Shown here piece by piece: positions 25,557 to 39,237 of a DNA stretch of 64,000 bases. The stretch is taken from contig NC_043008.1 of the NCBI RefSeq assembly GCF_006345805.1, forward strand, positions 58,094,001 through 58,158,000, read 5' to 3'. This DNA is from Octopus sinensis. Lineage: Eukaryota. Below the pieces are notes generated by a model. That model did no database searches, was not told where the DNA came from, and saw only the letters and a list, made by a program, of their open reading frames with translations. The translations under genes and the position numbers were made by a program. How positions within the stretch are numbered: position 1 is the first letter of the stretch; each line of letters opens with the position of its first letter.

Positions 25557-26365
25557 CATTATTATTTTTATTATTGTTATTATTCAAATCCTGCTGAGTG
25601 CTACTTTACTTTTCATCTTTTTGGGGTTGATGAAATAAGTACTGGTCAAATACTGGGGTCCATGTGATTGACTATACCTCCCCCCCAAATTCCAGGCCTT
25701 GAGTCTATAGTAGAAAGGATTATTATTATTATTATGTTTAAGGCAGTGAGCTGGCAGAATCATTAGCATGTCAGGAAAAATGTTCAAGGGTATTTCATCA
25801 GTCTTCATGTTCTGAGTTCATATTCTGCTGAGGTCGACTTTGACTTTCATCCTTTCGGGGTTGACAAAAATAAGTACCAGTTAAGTACTGGGGATTAATG
25901 TAATCGGCTGCACCGTCTCCCCCAAATTTCTATAGTAGAAAGGATTATTGTTAGTATGGTTACAAACATGGAATAGCAGAAATGGTCGAGTGATTAAAAA
26001 AAAAAAAATGCCTTCTGGTATTTGGTAATGATTCTTTATGATCTGAGTTCAAATCCTGCCTAGGACAACTTAGTCTTTGATCCTCCTGGGATTGATGTAA
26101 TCAAATACCACCAGTCCTGGAAATGTCAGGCTTTGTGGTTATACATTTTATCTTTTATTTGTTTCAGTCATTAGACTGTGGCCATGCTGGGGCATTGCCT
26201 TGAAGAATTGTTAGTTGAATGAATCAACCTCAGTATTTATTTATTTTTTTGCCTGGTACTTATTTCATCAGTCTCTTTTTACCATACTGCTAAGTTAAGG
26301 AGCATAAACACACCAATGTATGTTGTAAAGTGGTTATGGTAGACAAACACAGACACAACAATATA

Positions 26366-27151
26366 CAGATATACACACACACACACACACTTACACACAC
26401 ACTTACACATACACACACACATTCATCTATATACATAATAGGCTTCTTTCAGTTTCTGATTACCAAATCCACCTTCAAGGCTTTGGTCAGCTTGAGGCTA
26501 TTGTAGAACACACTTGTCCAAGGTGCCATGCAGTGGGACTGAACCCAGAACCATGTGGTTGGGTTAGGGCTAGAGTTTTATAGCGTTAATTATCCATCAA
26601 GGCTGGTCTTACCAATCGGTTTCATTTGAAATATATAATGAAGTGTTAGGCAACAAACCATTGTGTGTGAATGTATGCATATACACATAAGTATATGTGG
26701 ACATGTATGAAATTTATACATACATTCATACACATACACCATGCACACATAACAGATACACACACACACACCACACACACACACTTACACACACACTTAC
26801 ACATACACACACACATTCATCTATATACATAATAGGCTTCTTTCAGTTTCTGATTACCAAATCCACCTTCAAGGCTTTGGTCAGCTTGAGGCTATTGTAG
26901 AACACACTTGTCCAAGGTGCCATGCAGTGGGACTGAACCCAGAACCATGTGGTTGGGTTAGGGCTAGAGTTTTATAGCGTTAATTATCCATCAAGGCTGG
27001 TCTTACCAATCGGTTTCATTTGAAATTATATAATGAAGTGTTAGGCAACAAACCATTGTGTGTGAATGTATGCATATACACATAAGTATATGTGGACATG
27101 TATGAAATTTATACATACATTCATACACATACACCCATGCACACATAACAG

Positions 27152-27170
<19 letters not shown>
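26366..27170. repeat. Tandem duplication, unit about 394 bp, containing half of a SINE
   Basis: ATTCATCTATATACATAATAGGC at 26421 and 26815; near-identical continuation. Confidence 0.9.
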
Positions 27171-27188
<18 letters not shown>

Positions 27189-28294
27189 TATATGTTCATG
27201 CATACATACATGCATTCATATACAAAAACAAGCATATGAATTTGTATGGATGTGTTTATGTGTTTATGTATTGTGTATATGCATGTGGGTATATGTGTTG
27301 GCATGTTCATTACTGTAGGTGTGTGTGTGTATATGTGTAAGCAATTATTAGTGTGTTGAATAATTTCTTTTTCTTCTATGTATACTTCTGGAAGGAGAAA
27401 CAAAGTCCACTATTCATGTCGTTTCATAACAAAATCTAGAATTGTGGAACATCTGTCAATGAGGGCACTCCTGCATGTTCGTATGACCTGCTAGAAATAG
27501 CATACAAAACCTTCCTCAAATCACACTCTGGAGTCTTAAGTAAGGAAAAGATACCTAGGAGAATATATACATATTTTTTTTTTACTACCCACAAGGGGCT
27601 AAACACAGAGGGCACAGACAAGGACAGACAAACGGATTAAGTTGATTACATCGACTCCAGTGCATAACTGGTACTTATTTAATCAACCCCGAAAGGATGA
27701 AAGGCAAAGTTGACCTCGGCAGAATTTGAACCCAGAACGTAAGGGCAGACAAAAGAGGAGAATATAATCCTAGACATACCTCCTGAAGAGACATGAATGT
27801 CATGGCTGGAATGTCTTGGTTCGTAGTCTTTCTCAACCACGAGCCACTTGATGGTTATACAATTAAAGCATCAACAGGATTCTCTCGCACCACCTCTGTC
27901 TTTCTGATTTTTTGTATTCATAATTATGGGCCGTTCTTAGAATGATAGTGGCTTAGCAGAAACGGTAGAGCGCCAGACGGAATGCATGTTACATTTGGTT
28001 TCATTATTTTTACCGTTCTGTGTATAAATTTCACCAAGGTCGATTTTTTTGATTTTGATGTCTTTAAAAGGTTGGGAGACGGGTGTGTGAATAAAACGAA
28101 TACCAGTCATACACTGGGGGAGAAAACCAATTCAATTGACCATACACCTCATCGTCTACAAATATTAATTTGTGCCAATGTAGGAAATCAATAACCATAT
28201 TATACCAGAATCTTCTGAGTGTGTGATTAATTATTGATGATATCTGCTTGATTCATTGTGTATATATGTGTTTGAAACACTCTTGATCACGCAG

Positions 28295-28400
28295 CACTGT
28301 TATCATAAAATACTTTTATCATAAAATTCCTTAATCATAAAATTCTTTAATCATAAAACACTGTTATCATAAAGCACTATTTATCATAAAACATTGTTAA
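28295..28400. repeat. Minisatellite, about 17-bp unit
   Basis: Repeated (T)TATCATAAAA core. Confidence 0.8.
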
Positions 28401-28818
28401 GATATATAAAAAAAAACAAATAACTGTCATTTCACTTGTATTGAATTGTTATCTTCCTACGGCTTCATAATGCATATTGTATTAAAACATACAGACTACA
28501 CAAGAACACAAGAATACACAGAAAAAAATCAAACAAAAAAACATACAAAAAAAAACATACTAAAAGGCATTGTCTTTGATGGTTCAGTATTCAGTCATTG
28601 ATTGTCATGGAATTATGGGAAATATTCTTGGTTTGTTGCAATTTTCCAAAGACAATTCTTGGAATTGATCTGATAATTTTACATATATCTTATGGTTTTG
28701 TAGTTTTTGTTCTCCCTTTGTCCCCTTTGAGCACTGCCAACAAGAAAAAAAGAAAGAAATAAAGAAAGCAAGTAAAAAAGAAAAAAAGAAACCATAATAT
28801 TGGAATGATTCTTTATAA

Positions 28819-29027
28819 CCCTTTAGCATTTAAAGTGGCCACATCCAGCCAAAATATTCCACCTGTTTTATGTTCAAACTGGCCAGGTCCACCTTCTCAC
28901 ACCTACCCTACAATGTCATTCTACAAAATAAACAACCACATTGAAATCTCAAAGCTGTAACATAAGGCATGATTAATCCAACCAATGTGAGTGAGCGAGT
29001 AAGATTTATATTTGAAATACTAAAGGG
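28819..29027. mobile_element. piggyBac-like MITE
   Basis: CCCTTTAG...CTAAAGGG termini with degenerate TTAA flanks (ATAA/TTAG). Confidence 0.6.
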
Positions 29028-29222
29028 TTAGAGATTATCAGGAAAATGACTTATATTGCTTTCTTCCTTGATCTGAGTTTGCAAATGAAAATGACACATG
29101 ACTAAACAACTGAATGTCTGTTGACAACTGGAATGTCTGTTGACGTCTGGTATATCTGGAACATTCTATAGTTTCTTCTCCTCCTCCTCCTTCTTCTTCT
29201 TCTTCTTCTTCTTCCTTCTTCT

Positions 29223-29322
29223 NNNNNNNNNNNNNNNNNNNNNNNNNNNNNNNNNNNNNNNNNNNNNNNNNNNNNNNNNNNNNNNNNNNNNNNNNNNNNN
29301 NNNNNNNNNNNNNNNNNNNNNN
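29223..29322. other. Assembly gap (100 N)
   Basis: Run of 100 N after a (CTT)n tract. Confidence 1.
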
Positions 29323-29565
29323 AAGACTAAAGGGTTAAAATTAAAGTGAAGGAATTTAAATAAGTGAATTGAACCATCTTACTGATAATACATTTCTATT
29401 GAGTTCACAGTTAACTTAGCGGTTCGGCAAAGGAGACTGATAGAATAAGTACTAGGCTGACAAAGAATAAGTCCTGGGGTCGATTTGCTCACTCAACTAA
29501 AGGTGGTGCTCCAGCATGGCCACAGTCAAATGACTGAAACAAGTAAAAGAGTAAAAAAAGAGAGA

Positions 29566-29721
29566 GTGGCTGTGTGGTAAGTAGCTTGCTTACCAACCAC
29601 ATGGTTCCGGGTTCAGTCCCACTGCGTGGCACCTTGGGCAAGTGTCTTCTACTATAGCCTCGGGCCAACCAAAGCCTTGTGAGTGGATTTGGTAGACGGA
29701 AACTGAAAGAAGCCCGTCGTA

Positions 29722-29755
<34 letters not shown>

Positions 29756-29985
29756 CGTGTATGTTTGTGTGTCTTTGTTTGTCCCTCTAGCATTGCTCGA
29801 CAACCGATGCTGGTGTGTGTTTATGTCCCCGTCACTTAGCAGTTTGGCAAAAGGGACCGATAGAATAAGTACTGGGCTTACAAAGAATAAGTCCTGGGGT
29901 CGATTTGCTCACTCAACTAAAGGTGGTGCTCCAGCATGGCCACAGTCAAATGACTGAAACAAGTAAAAGAGTAAAAAAAAGAGAG
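29566..29985 (+). mobile_element. SINE family A, with its 3' half duplicated upstream (about 29415-29565)
   Basis: Intact head and tail; the private variant TCACTCAACTAAAGG is shared by both tail copies. Confidence 0.85.
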
Positions 29986-30559
29986 TATGTCCACAAGAGG
30001 TTTTATCTCAGACGAAAACCATAGCAACTTGCCTATCAATGGTATATATACATCAAGTACAATACACAAATGGCTAATGTAATTTTCCTATTGCTAAGAT
30101 CCAAGATCAAACGTTGTTGCTCTACACAGGTTCCATTCCTTCATGTTCAATAAAAATAAACTGGTAGCATGTATTGGAATTATGTTAATTGATCTAATTG
30201 CGTTAAATCATTTACTAGATAATGTTAGCTCCATGCCAAAGTAACAAAACCAATAATTATAAGGGAAATCAATAATGTTTTATTGATTATATAATGATAT
30301 TATTATAACAACATAAAGCTGGAGAGGATAAATTACTGAAAGTTGTGAATTATCCTCTCATATCATTGTTTGAATTTCAAGACTTGGTGCAGCAACCAAA
30401 TCAGCATCGTTCTTTCTCCTTGGATTATATACTATTGTGTGTGTGTGTGTGTGTGTGTATCTGGCGCTTAAACAGATTTGTATAAAGTATATATATAAAT
30501 ATGATATACTATTTTGAGTATATACATATATGTATAATATAAATATATTATTGCATATA

Positions 30560-30605
<46 letters not shown>

Positions 30606-30847
30606 TACTTTTGTGTACATGTATATATATATATTCTTATATATGCATGTATAACTAGGCTATTCTGTAATATATATATGTATATTATATATATATATAT
30701 AGATATACACACACACAAATATATATATATACTATTGTGTGTGTGTTGTATGTATATTTTTATATATGTGTGTATAACTAGACATATTGTGTAATATATA
30801 TATATATATAATATATATATTGGAGAGAGAGAGAGGAAGAGAGAGAT

Positions 30848-30879
<32 letters not shown>

Positions 30880-30939
30880 ATAAATTTACTATTATGTGTC
30901 TATATATATATACACATACATACACGCATATATATATTA

Positions 30940-31440
30940 CAGGGTGCAGTGAATAAATTGTCATTTAAATTATGTGTGGGAGATGAATGGAGGCATAACG
31001 TCACCATCAGCGATCACTCCAAACACCATGATGTTGACTGGTTGTTTGATTTTTATCACTCTTGGTACATGTTTTGGGGACATTTCAAGCCAGCTGTTAC
31101 TCTGTGTGTTCACCATCCGATATTGGCAGAAATTTTTCTTGTCTGAGAAAAACCAAAGCATGTTTGGTTGGAGGGGATGCTTGAGTTTGTTCAAAATTTT
31201 CGTAGCATGGTCTTTCCTCTTGTCCTTGATGACTTGGAATAAAAATTGGCCCTTTCTCATCTTGTATGAGGAATACTGAAAGTCTTCATGCACTACCTGC
31301 CTAATAAGAAACTCAGTCGCTCCCATGTCCCTGGCAATGGACCTGATTGACTTGGAGGGATCGTTGGCAATCATGGCTTGGATCTCACCAACAAATTCAG
31401 GAGTTCTTTTCTTATCAGAACGATCATAGTGAGTTTTTCA
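30940..31440 (-). mobile_element. Internally deleted maT (DD37D) fragment
   Basis: Same TIR as 17783; minus ORF MIANDPSKSIRSIARDMG...WFFSDKKNFCQ...VFGVIADGDVMPPF. Confidence 0.8.
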
Positions 31441-31444
31441 TCAT

Positions 31445-31680
31445 ATATTTCTTTATTGCCCACAAGGGGCTAAACATAGAGAGGACAAACAAGGACAGAA
31501 AAAGGGATTAAGTCAATTACATCGATCCCCAGTGCGAAACTGGTACTTTATTTATCGACCCCAAAAGGATGAAAGGCAAAGTCAACCTCGGCGGAATTTG
31601 AACTCAGAACGTAACGACAGACGAAATCCCGCTAAGCATTTCACCCGGCACGCTAACGTTTCTGCCAGCTCGCCACCTTA
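31445..31680 (-). mobile_element. tRNA-derived SINE family B
   Basis: Reverse complement of GGCGAGCTGGCAGAAACGTTAGC...GAGTTCAAATTCCGCCGAGGTTGAC. Confidence 0.8.
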
Positions 31681-32114
31681 CAATGAGTTTTTCATCATAA
31701 TCTCATCATCATTGCCATGCAGGCATGGATTGAACTGTTCCTCAGCAGGTGGCAAGCCGGAGGAATGCGACATGCTCCAGCATCTCAGTTTTAGCATGGT
31801 TTCAATGGTTTGGATGTCTTTCCTAATATCAACCACTAAACAGAGTATATGGGTGCTTTTTATGTTGCGCCAGCACCAGTGAGGTCACCAAGCAAAATGG
31901 AAGACAAGACTCTCTCTCAACTAAGATGGAGAGTAGTATTGAGTGAGATGGCTTTGTGCTAGAATATGATAGGGGGATATCAATTTGGCTCGGCATGTAT
32001 CATGATACATGGTTACCCCAGTTGGAAAAGAGAGGAGATGGCGGTAAAGCAACAGGAAGATAGAATATATAAAAGGATTGGACATGATGAATGGAGAGGT
32101 AAAAATGCAATATA

Positions 32115-32646
32115 TTGGGTTGTCCGGAAAGTTCGTGCTGATTTTTAAAGGAAAGAAAAAGGTCAATAAATACTTGCCTTAATATTTTTAATCAACCAAA
32201 TATGAACCATTTTGTTGCACAATGCGTCTCCATCGTTCTTTTAACTCGAAAAAACCTTTTCCCAAATGAGGGCATTTCATGGCAAGAAATTGATCAAGGT
32301 ATCTTTTTATGCCATCCAAGGAATTGAAAATTTTTACCATTAAGACTATTCTGCAGAGACCTGAATAAGTGGAATATCCGAAGGAGCAATATCTGGTGAA
32401 TATGGGGGTGGGGTAACACATCCCAGCCAAGCTGTAGCAATTTTTGTCTGGTTCCCAAAGCATCAAGTGCCGAAAATGAACTTTCTTATCTTCCATTTTC
32501 AAGGGTTACAGAATTAATACAGGTTATAGGAACATAACCTTCTTCCACGAAAAGATAGCTGAAACAGTTTTATGGACTCAACCATGTTCTAAATAAGGCG
32601 AAAGGTAAGCTACTATAAATCGGCATGAACTTTCCGGACAACCCAA
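32115..32646 (-). mobile_element. Internally deleted mariner element
   Basis: About 30-bp TIR TTGGGTTGTCCGGAAAGTTC(G/A)TGC.GATTT, TA flanks; fused N-terminal (MEDKKVHFRHLML) and C-terminal (ELKERWRRIVQQNGSYLVD) transposase remnants. Confidence 0.9.
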
Positions 32647-33231
32647 TACACTGCTCATAATGCTCTCTCATTCTCTCATACACACACTCACACACACTCA
32701 GACACGCTCACAGACACTTACACACACACTGACACACATACACACACAGACATATACACACACACATATACATACTCACACAAACACTCACACACACATA
32801 AACACACACACACACACACATACTCATACACACACACACACGTGCGCACACTGGTACGATAGCTATATTGGGATTCAGCTATCCAAGACAATGGCTTCAG
32901 ATTTTGACACAAGGCCAGCAATTTTGGGGTGAGTGGGATAAGGAAATAAAACAGACACAAGCATGGACGTGTGGTAAGAGGCTGGCTTCCCAACCACATG
33001 GATCCCAGTGCAGCCTCATTGTGTGGGTGACAGCTTGGGCAAGTGTCTTCTACAAAAGCCTTAGGCTGACCAAAACCTTGAGACAGGATTTGGTCGACGG
33101 TAACTGAAAGGAGCCCGTCGTATATAAGTATATATACACGATGGGCTTATATACAAGGTGCTGTGTATTCAAACTGTCGTCTGAATTACGCAAAATAAAA
33201 ATAACACCAACATCTCATTTTAACAGATATA

Positions 33232-33444
33232 CTCTTTACTCTTTTACTTGTTTCAGTCATTTGACTGCGGCCATGCTGGAGCACCGCCTTTTAGTCGAGC
33301 AAATCGACCCCGGGACTTATACTTTGTAAGCCCATTACTTATTCTATCGTTCTCTTTTGCCGAACCGCTAAGTTACAGGGACGTAAACACACCAGCATCG
33401 GTTGTCAAGCAATTCTAGGGGGACAAACACAGACACACAAACAT

Positions 33445-33479
<35 letters not shown>

Positions 33480-33652
33480 CATATATACGACGGGCTTCTT
33501 TCAGTTTCTGTCTACCAAATCCACTGACAAGGCTTTGGTCAGCCCGGGGCTATAGCAGAAGACACTTGCCCAAGATGCCACGCAGTGGGACTGAACCCGG
33601 AACCATGTGGTTGGTTAGCAAGCTACTTACCACACAGCCACTCCTGCGCCTA
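33232..33652 (-). mobile_element. SINE family A, CpG-retaining
   Basis: Full head and tail, reverse complement. Confidence 0.9.
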
Positions 33653-33654
33653 TA

Positions 33655-33808
33655 TATTTACCAAAATTACATAAAAATAGCTTGAAATACTTAAGAGTAA
33701 ATATATTCAATACAATCGCCATTGGCCTCAACCACAACTTCTAGATGACTTTGGAACTCCTGCAACTCTTCTTGACGGTTTCCTTCATTAAGTTAGTGAA
33801 TGCTGCCA
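33655..33808 (-). mobile_element. maT 3' fragment
   Basis: Homologous to about 17860-18010. Confidence 0.65.
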
Positions 33809-34193
33809 TTTTGTTATTTTTGTTTCACATTCAACTTCAAAGCCACCTTGCCAGGGGAAAATATCATAAAAACGAACCAACATAGCCTAGGGTTCAATTA
33901 AAGCGACTGTACCTTCCCCATCTCAAATTGTTTTTGTAAAAATGCTAAAGGGAAGTAACGATTGCAACACGTAACAAGGGAGAGAATTGATGCTAACTAA
34001 TTTTTTTACCAGCAAGAGTTATTTACCTTAGCCTGTCGTTCATTAGCCTGTCTATTTAACGGCTGAAGCTCATTCTTAATCAGAAATACCTTATTTTCCA
34101 ACAGCTCGCCATCACCATTGATTCTCCCCTCCCTTCTCTTTCTACATGCATGTGTATGTATATGCATATATGCATGTATATGTATATATATGA

Positions 34194-34231
<38 letters not shown>

Positions 34232-34232
34232 C

Positions 34233-34396
34233 TCTTTTAATTTTTTCTGTCATTTGACTGTGGCCATGCTGGAGCACCGCTTTTAGTCGAGCAAATCGCC
34301 CCTTATTCTTTGCCGAACCGCTAAGTTACGGGGACGTAAGCACACCAGCATCGATTGTCAAGCGATGTTGGGACAAACACAGACACACAAACATAT

Positions 34397-34475
<79 letters not shown>

Positions 34476-34658
34476 TATATATATATATACATATACGACG
34501 GGCTTCTTTCAGTTCCCGTCTACCAAACCCACTCACAAGGCTTTGGTCGGCCCGAGGCTATAGTAGAAGACACTTGCCGAAAGTCCCACGCAGTGGGACT
34601 GAACCCGAACCATGTGGTTGGTAAGCAAGCTACTTACCACACAGCCACTCCTACGCCT
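34233..34658 (-). mobile_element. SINE family A
   Basis: Head and tail with a long internal (CA)n. Confidence 0.9.
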
Positions 34659-34775
34659 ATGACAACTAATATGTACAAATCCTACTTTCTGATTGGGTAA
34701 AAATAATGAAACTTAAAATCGATGTGACATTTTTCTAAAATTTTTCTGGAATAAACGAATCCTAATTCGAGTTAC

Positions 34776-34820
34776 ATTGGTGTACTTAACTCGAGTTAAA
34801 CTCGAGTTAAGTACACCAAT
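34776..34820. repeat. Perfect 22-bp-arm palindrome with 1-nt spacer
   Basis: ATTGGTGTACTTAACTCGAGTT-A-AACTCGAGTTAAGTACACCAAT. Confidence 0.95.
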
Positions 34821-34932
34821 ATACTAAATTTGAACATTTTCACTTAATTTTAAAATCTCAAAATCTGCGACGTCAACAGAGCAGATACGTACAGCAAGCA
34901 ATCAAATAAATAATTTGTAATTTTGTTTTACT

Positions 34933-35322
34933 TAATCTTTTACATGTTTCAGTCATTTAACTGCGGCCATGGTGGAGCAACTCCTTTAGTCGAACAAATC
35001 GACCCCAGGACTTATTCTTTGTAAGCCTAGAACTTATTCTATCGGTCTCTTACCGAACCGCTAGGTTACAAGTACGTAAACACACCAACAACAGTTGTTA
35101 AGCGATGGTGGTGGGGTGACATTCACAGACACACAAATACATATATACATGTACATATGACGGGCTTCTTTCAGTTTCCGTCTACCAAATCCACTCACAA
35201 GACTTTGGTCGGCCCAAGGCTATAGTTGAAGACACTTGCTCACGGTACCACGCAATGGGACTGAACCCGGAACGATGTGGTTGGGAAATCAAGATTCTTA
35301 CCACACAGCCAATCCTGCGCCT
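34933..35322 (-). mobile_element. SINE family A
   Basis: Head and tail, reverse complement. Confidence 0.85.
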
Positions 35323-36208
35323 ACTTGTTTAACTTTTTCGAATCTAGTAGTGTTCTTTTAAAAATATCGATCTCTCTCTTGATTTATTGAGCCTTATTTA
35401 TTGATATAAAAAGCTATTAGATTTAACAGGATTCCACTAAATCAACCGATGCGCTTTTAAGTTTTGGGGCCCCTTGAAACCGTTTGGAGCCCCAAGATTT
35501 ACTGCAGTTCTCTTGATTATAATCTTTTAAATTAGCTTGTAGCGTGAGTTATGACAAGACTTAGTGGCAGTTTATATACACATTTATTGCTTCAATTGTA
35601 CAAGGTTTCATGAAAAACAAACAGCATCAAATCATAAGAACATCGTATTTGCATGAATTGAAATCTTAATATTTAAATTGATCTGTATATTGCTGCACAA
35701 ACGTATGGCGTTGATTCTTCATCATCTCCAAGTTGGTATATAGCTGTGAAAATAGCTCTCAGGAAAATCACGCTGGTTTGCGTATCAAAACGTGAAAACA
35801 GCTTTGATAACAGAATTTGCATAGGACTGAAGCGAGGAGGGCTCGAACTTTCTGGTTAATCGCACCAAAAGCAGTTTGTCGTTGAAAGTTTTCGTACACC
35901 AAATCCACTCACAAGTCTTTCGTCGGCCCGAGGCTATAGTAGAAGACACGTGCCCAAGACTGAACCCTGAGCCATGTGGTTGGTAAGAAAGCTACTTACC
36001 ACACAGCCACTCCTGCGCCTACACATGATACGCGCGTGATCCATACGTGATCGAAAATGAAAATGAAATCAACCGCCATAAACTCTTTTAAAGTAGTGTC
36101 TTTTAAAAAATACTTTGAGCATATGTTACCCCCCTCCTTGTAGTGGCTCTCGTGACGTACCATATCAGATCGATATGATGTAGCCCACTACCAAATATAG
36201 CGTGTAGA

Positions 36209-36560
36209 TGTAACGATTGAAGGTTCTCACGTAACCAGTAAACATCGAAGAATCAACACCAAGAAGGAAGAAATATTATTTACATATATTTATTCGTTTG
36301 CCCGACATTTAGTTAGAGAGACAGTAGTGATTGTAGTGATAGTGGCAAAAAGGTTGACTCGCTGGTTAGTAGTTGATAGTGTAGAAGTTGTTGTCTGCCA
36401 GTAGAGAGTGAAAGAGTAAGGAATGCAGGGTACTGATTAGAAAAGAAGAAAGGATAAAGGCAGCATCGCCTTTCTTGCAGCCGGAAGCTCCTCTTCGTAT
36501 GTCGAGCGAAGGGCGAAGGGAAAGTGCTGTGCTTGGTCATGGCTGACGCAAAAGAGGAAG
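36209..36560 (-). mobile_element. Possible LTR (R/U5-like) remnant
   Basis: Minus strand has AATAAA, then T-rich sequence, ending CGTTACA; no second LTR or TSD found. Confidence 0.25.
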
Positions 36561-37539
36561 GGATAGGTCAGTAATGTAAGTCAAACCCTAAGCAAAGGAC
36601 TGACTTTTCTTTGACCAACACAGGTCCTAGGACATCGAGTGTTTCCCCATCAATTACCTGGTGTGGAGAGGATTTCCCGCTCGTTTTGACAAGCAGCAAG
36701 CGGGTAGATTTGGTTTCAAATCTCGGGCAGTACCAAGCGATGTCCCTATACCCTGATATATTAAGAGGGCAGTAAAACAGAAATGTATTATCCAAACAAA
36801 TAAAGAAGGCAACCATTAAACCGAAAAGACAAAATTGACATGAAATTACAAATGCATTGTATTATGACTATTTACAATGTTATTATTGTTTTTATAACGC
36901 ATTCTCCTATTGTTTGCATCTAAACAGGTGAACGTTACAAAAACAAAATCGTAGTGCCCTTAAAACCTATTGGCTTAGGAGCTTCATTAGGTCTAAATCC
37001 GGTCCTGCGTGGACCTAACATCGTAACTCATAAGCCACGCGCCTTTATCTTGGTTTACGGAAAAGTAATGGTCATCGTTATATTCCGGGATGGTCTTCTT
37101 TTTTTCTTTACCAAATAGTCATGGTAATCTATTTTAAAACAAGCAAAGTAGCTAGTCAGAAAATGTCAAAAAGAGATGAAAGTTGTAAACTATACTGAGA
37201 AGTAATGTGTATCGCTACATCGATATGGCTGTTCGATGTTACTACCTTTTAACCCCAGCAGAACCTCCACCAGCTGGTTATCGGTGCATTCTGCACCCGG
37301 TATATATTGCAAGTAGGGGAGACCCTACCATCATCTAGCAGACGACAAGATCACCTGACCGAAAGGTTTCGGGCTAGTTGTGCTAATCTTCAGTGGTGGG
37401 ACCCAACCATTAGAGATGAAATCTTTATTATGATCAAACTGATCGTACATAGAAAAGGACATTACAAGACAAGCAAATACAAAATGAGTTCGAATGAGTT
37501 TATGTTAAAAATTTACTTTAAAAATATTTTATATAACGA

Positions 37540-38540
37540 TTAATTTTTACCTTAAACTAGAACTTTTTCTTTTAAACGGAAACAAAGAAAGAAAACGAAT
37601 AAAAGTTCAAGAGATCGAACCCGGCAGCCTATAAGGCCCAGCAACTATCTTTTCCCTTCATCGATGATTAAGCTGGGTTACTGACACCCACTTTCTCATC
37701 ACATCCTTCCAACTTTTCTCGTATTCACTCGGTGGCAGGGTCTTCCTCTCCAACCCCATCTTGCTGTTTAGATGGTATCTGAAGTAAGACAGCAAACCAG
37801 GGCCAGAGATGAAGGACCCTGTCACAGAACCTTCCATTCTTGTTCTCCAAACACTCTCTTTCAGTACTGCAACCGTACAGTAAAAACAAGCCTTACCTTC
37901 CTTTGAGAGTCCAGTTGGCGGTATCATCTTTATTATAGATCCAGTCGACAGCTGTACTCGTCCCAGATGCGACAGCACGTGTTCAACGTAACTTATCAAG
38001 CTGGATAGATCCCGACATTGTACAAAAGCGTGCTGGACGGTTTCATTGTCACGTCGGTGGCACTGACATTCCGTGCCTGGATAACTTATCGCGAACAAGT
38101 AAAGCGTTCCTGTAGCACTGCCAGGTCAGGGATTTTTGGAAGTTATCCAAATACCCCGGCCTGAACGTTTTTTGGAACAGGTTGGCAAGTTGGTTCTCAT
38201 CGAACCCCAGAGCCCCTCATAGGACGTCATCGTTTTTGCCTCTACCAGCCCTCTATAGAACACCGATGTGGTATTCCCGCTGCCGGCTTTGTCCGTCTTG
38301 TGGATCAGCCAGAGTGCCTGACGGTACTCCTTCTGCCATAAAGTCAGGTTACGTCTTTTAATGAAACTGGGTTTAAATCTCTCCAAAGAGGCCGGTCGCA
38401 GCAAGAACTCCTCCGCCAGAGGACTCCACACCTTATCACCCTCCAAGTGGCACCAGAGATGTCTCAGCCTCAATGCAAGTCTGCGCATCATCAGCCAAGG
38501 CATTCCCAGTCCACCCTTTAACGGTTCCTGGACCCAACCA
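37540..38540 (-). mobile_element. Tx1/L1-clade LINE ORF2 3' fragment
   Basis: zf-RVT-like C..C...ETVQHAFVQC and VLKESVWRTR motifs; frameshifted upstream part. Confidence 0.75.
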
Positions 38541-39237
38541 CTAGAGATAGCAAGAATTCGCTCCAGGTCACAATATTTAGAAAAGTAAGCGACATCTAGT
38601 CACTGATCTTGCAAAGTAGCTAGTTAGAAAATTTCAGTAAGAGATGAAACTAGTAACTATATACTGCGAAGTAATGTTTGTCACCCACATCAAAATGGCC
38701 GTTCCACAGGAATCGACGTTACTACCGTTTTCAACTCAGCAGGATCTTCCTCCAGCTGGTTATCGATGCAGTTGATGTGGCGATAAACATTACTTTTCAT
38801 CTATTTTGCATTTAAAAGAAAAATAAGGAGATTAACTTTAATTTAAATTATAACAGATAAAAACTAAAGAAACAGGGGAAAAGACAGATAAGCAAAGAAA
38901 AGAAAAAAGGGGAGAGGGAGGTAAAGCAGCAGAAGATGGTGGTGGAGGGGAGGAGGTGATGGGTCACATACCCTGGAACAAATGGTGTTCTCAGCTGCGC
39001 CCTGCAGTAATGACCACGATGGTGTTACCACGGAGGAAGGCCAACGACACTCGCTGCAACTGTCACTTCATTTTGCGAGGCTTATTTCTCCGATAGGCTG
39101 GCGTTATCCCTATTTTGTGAAAGAAATCAGTAGAACGGGGTCCGAGAAAACTTGATGTCTCGATGGAAACTGGCACAAACTGATAGCAGCCGGTCAGGGC
39201 CCTGTATTTATTAATTTTTTAAAAAAAAGGAATATAT

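Noticed and set aside
27775-27830. CUGAAGA followed by a GACAU/AUGUC stem
   Set aside because: No GAAA directly after the stem and no stem I; too degenerate to call a hammerhead.
29410-29565. Duplicated SINE tail as a biological event
   Set aside because: It lies within about 100 bp of the N gap, so mis-assembly is at least as likely.
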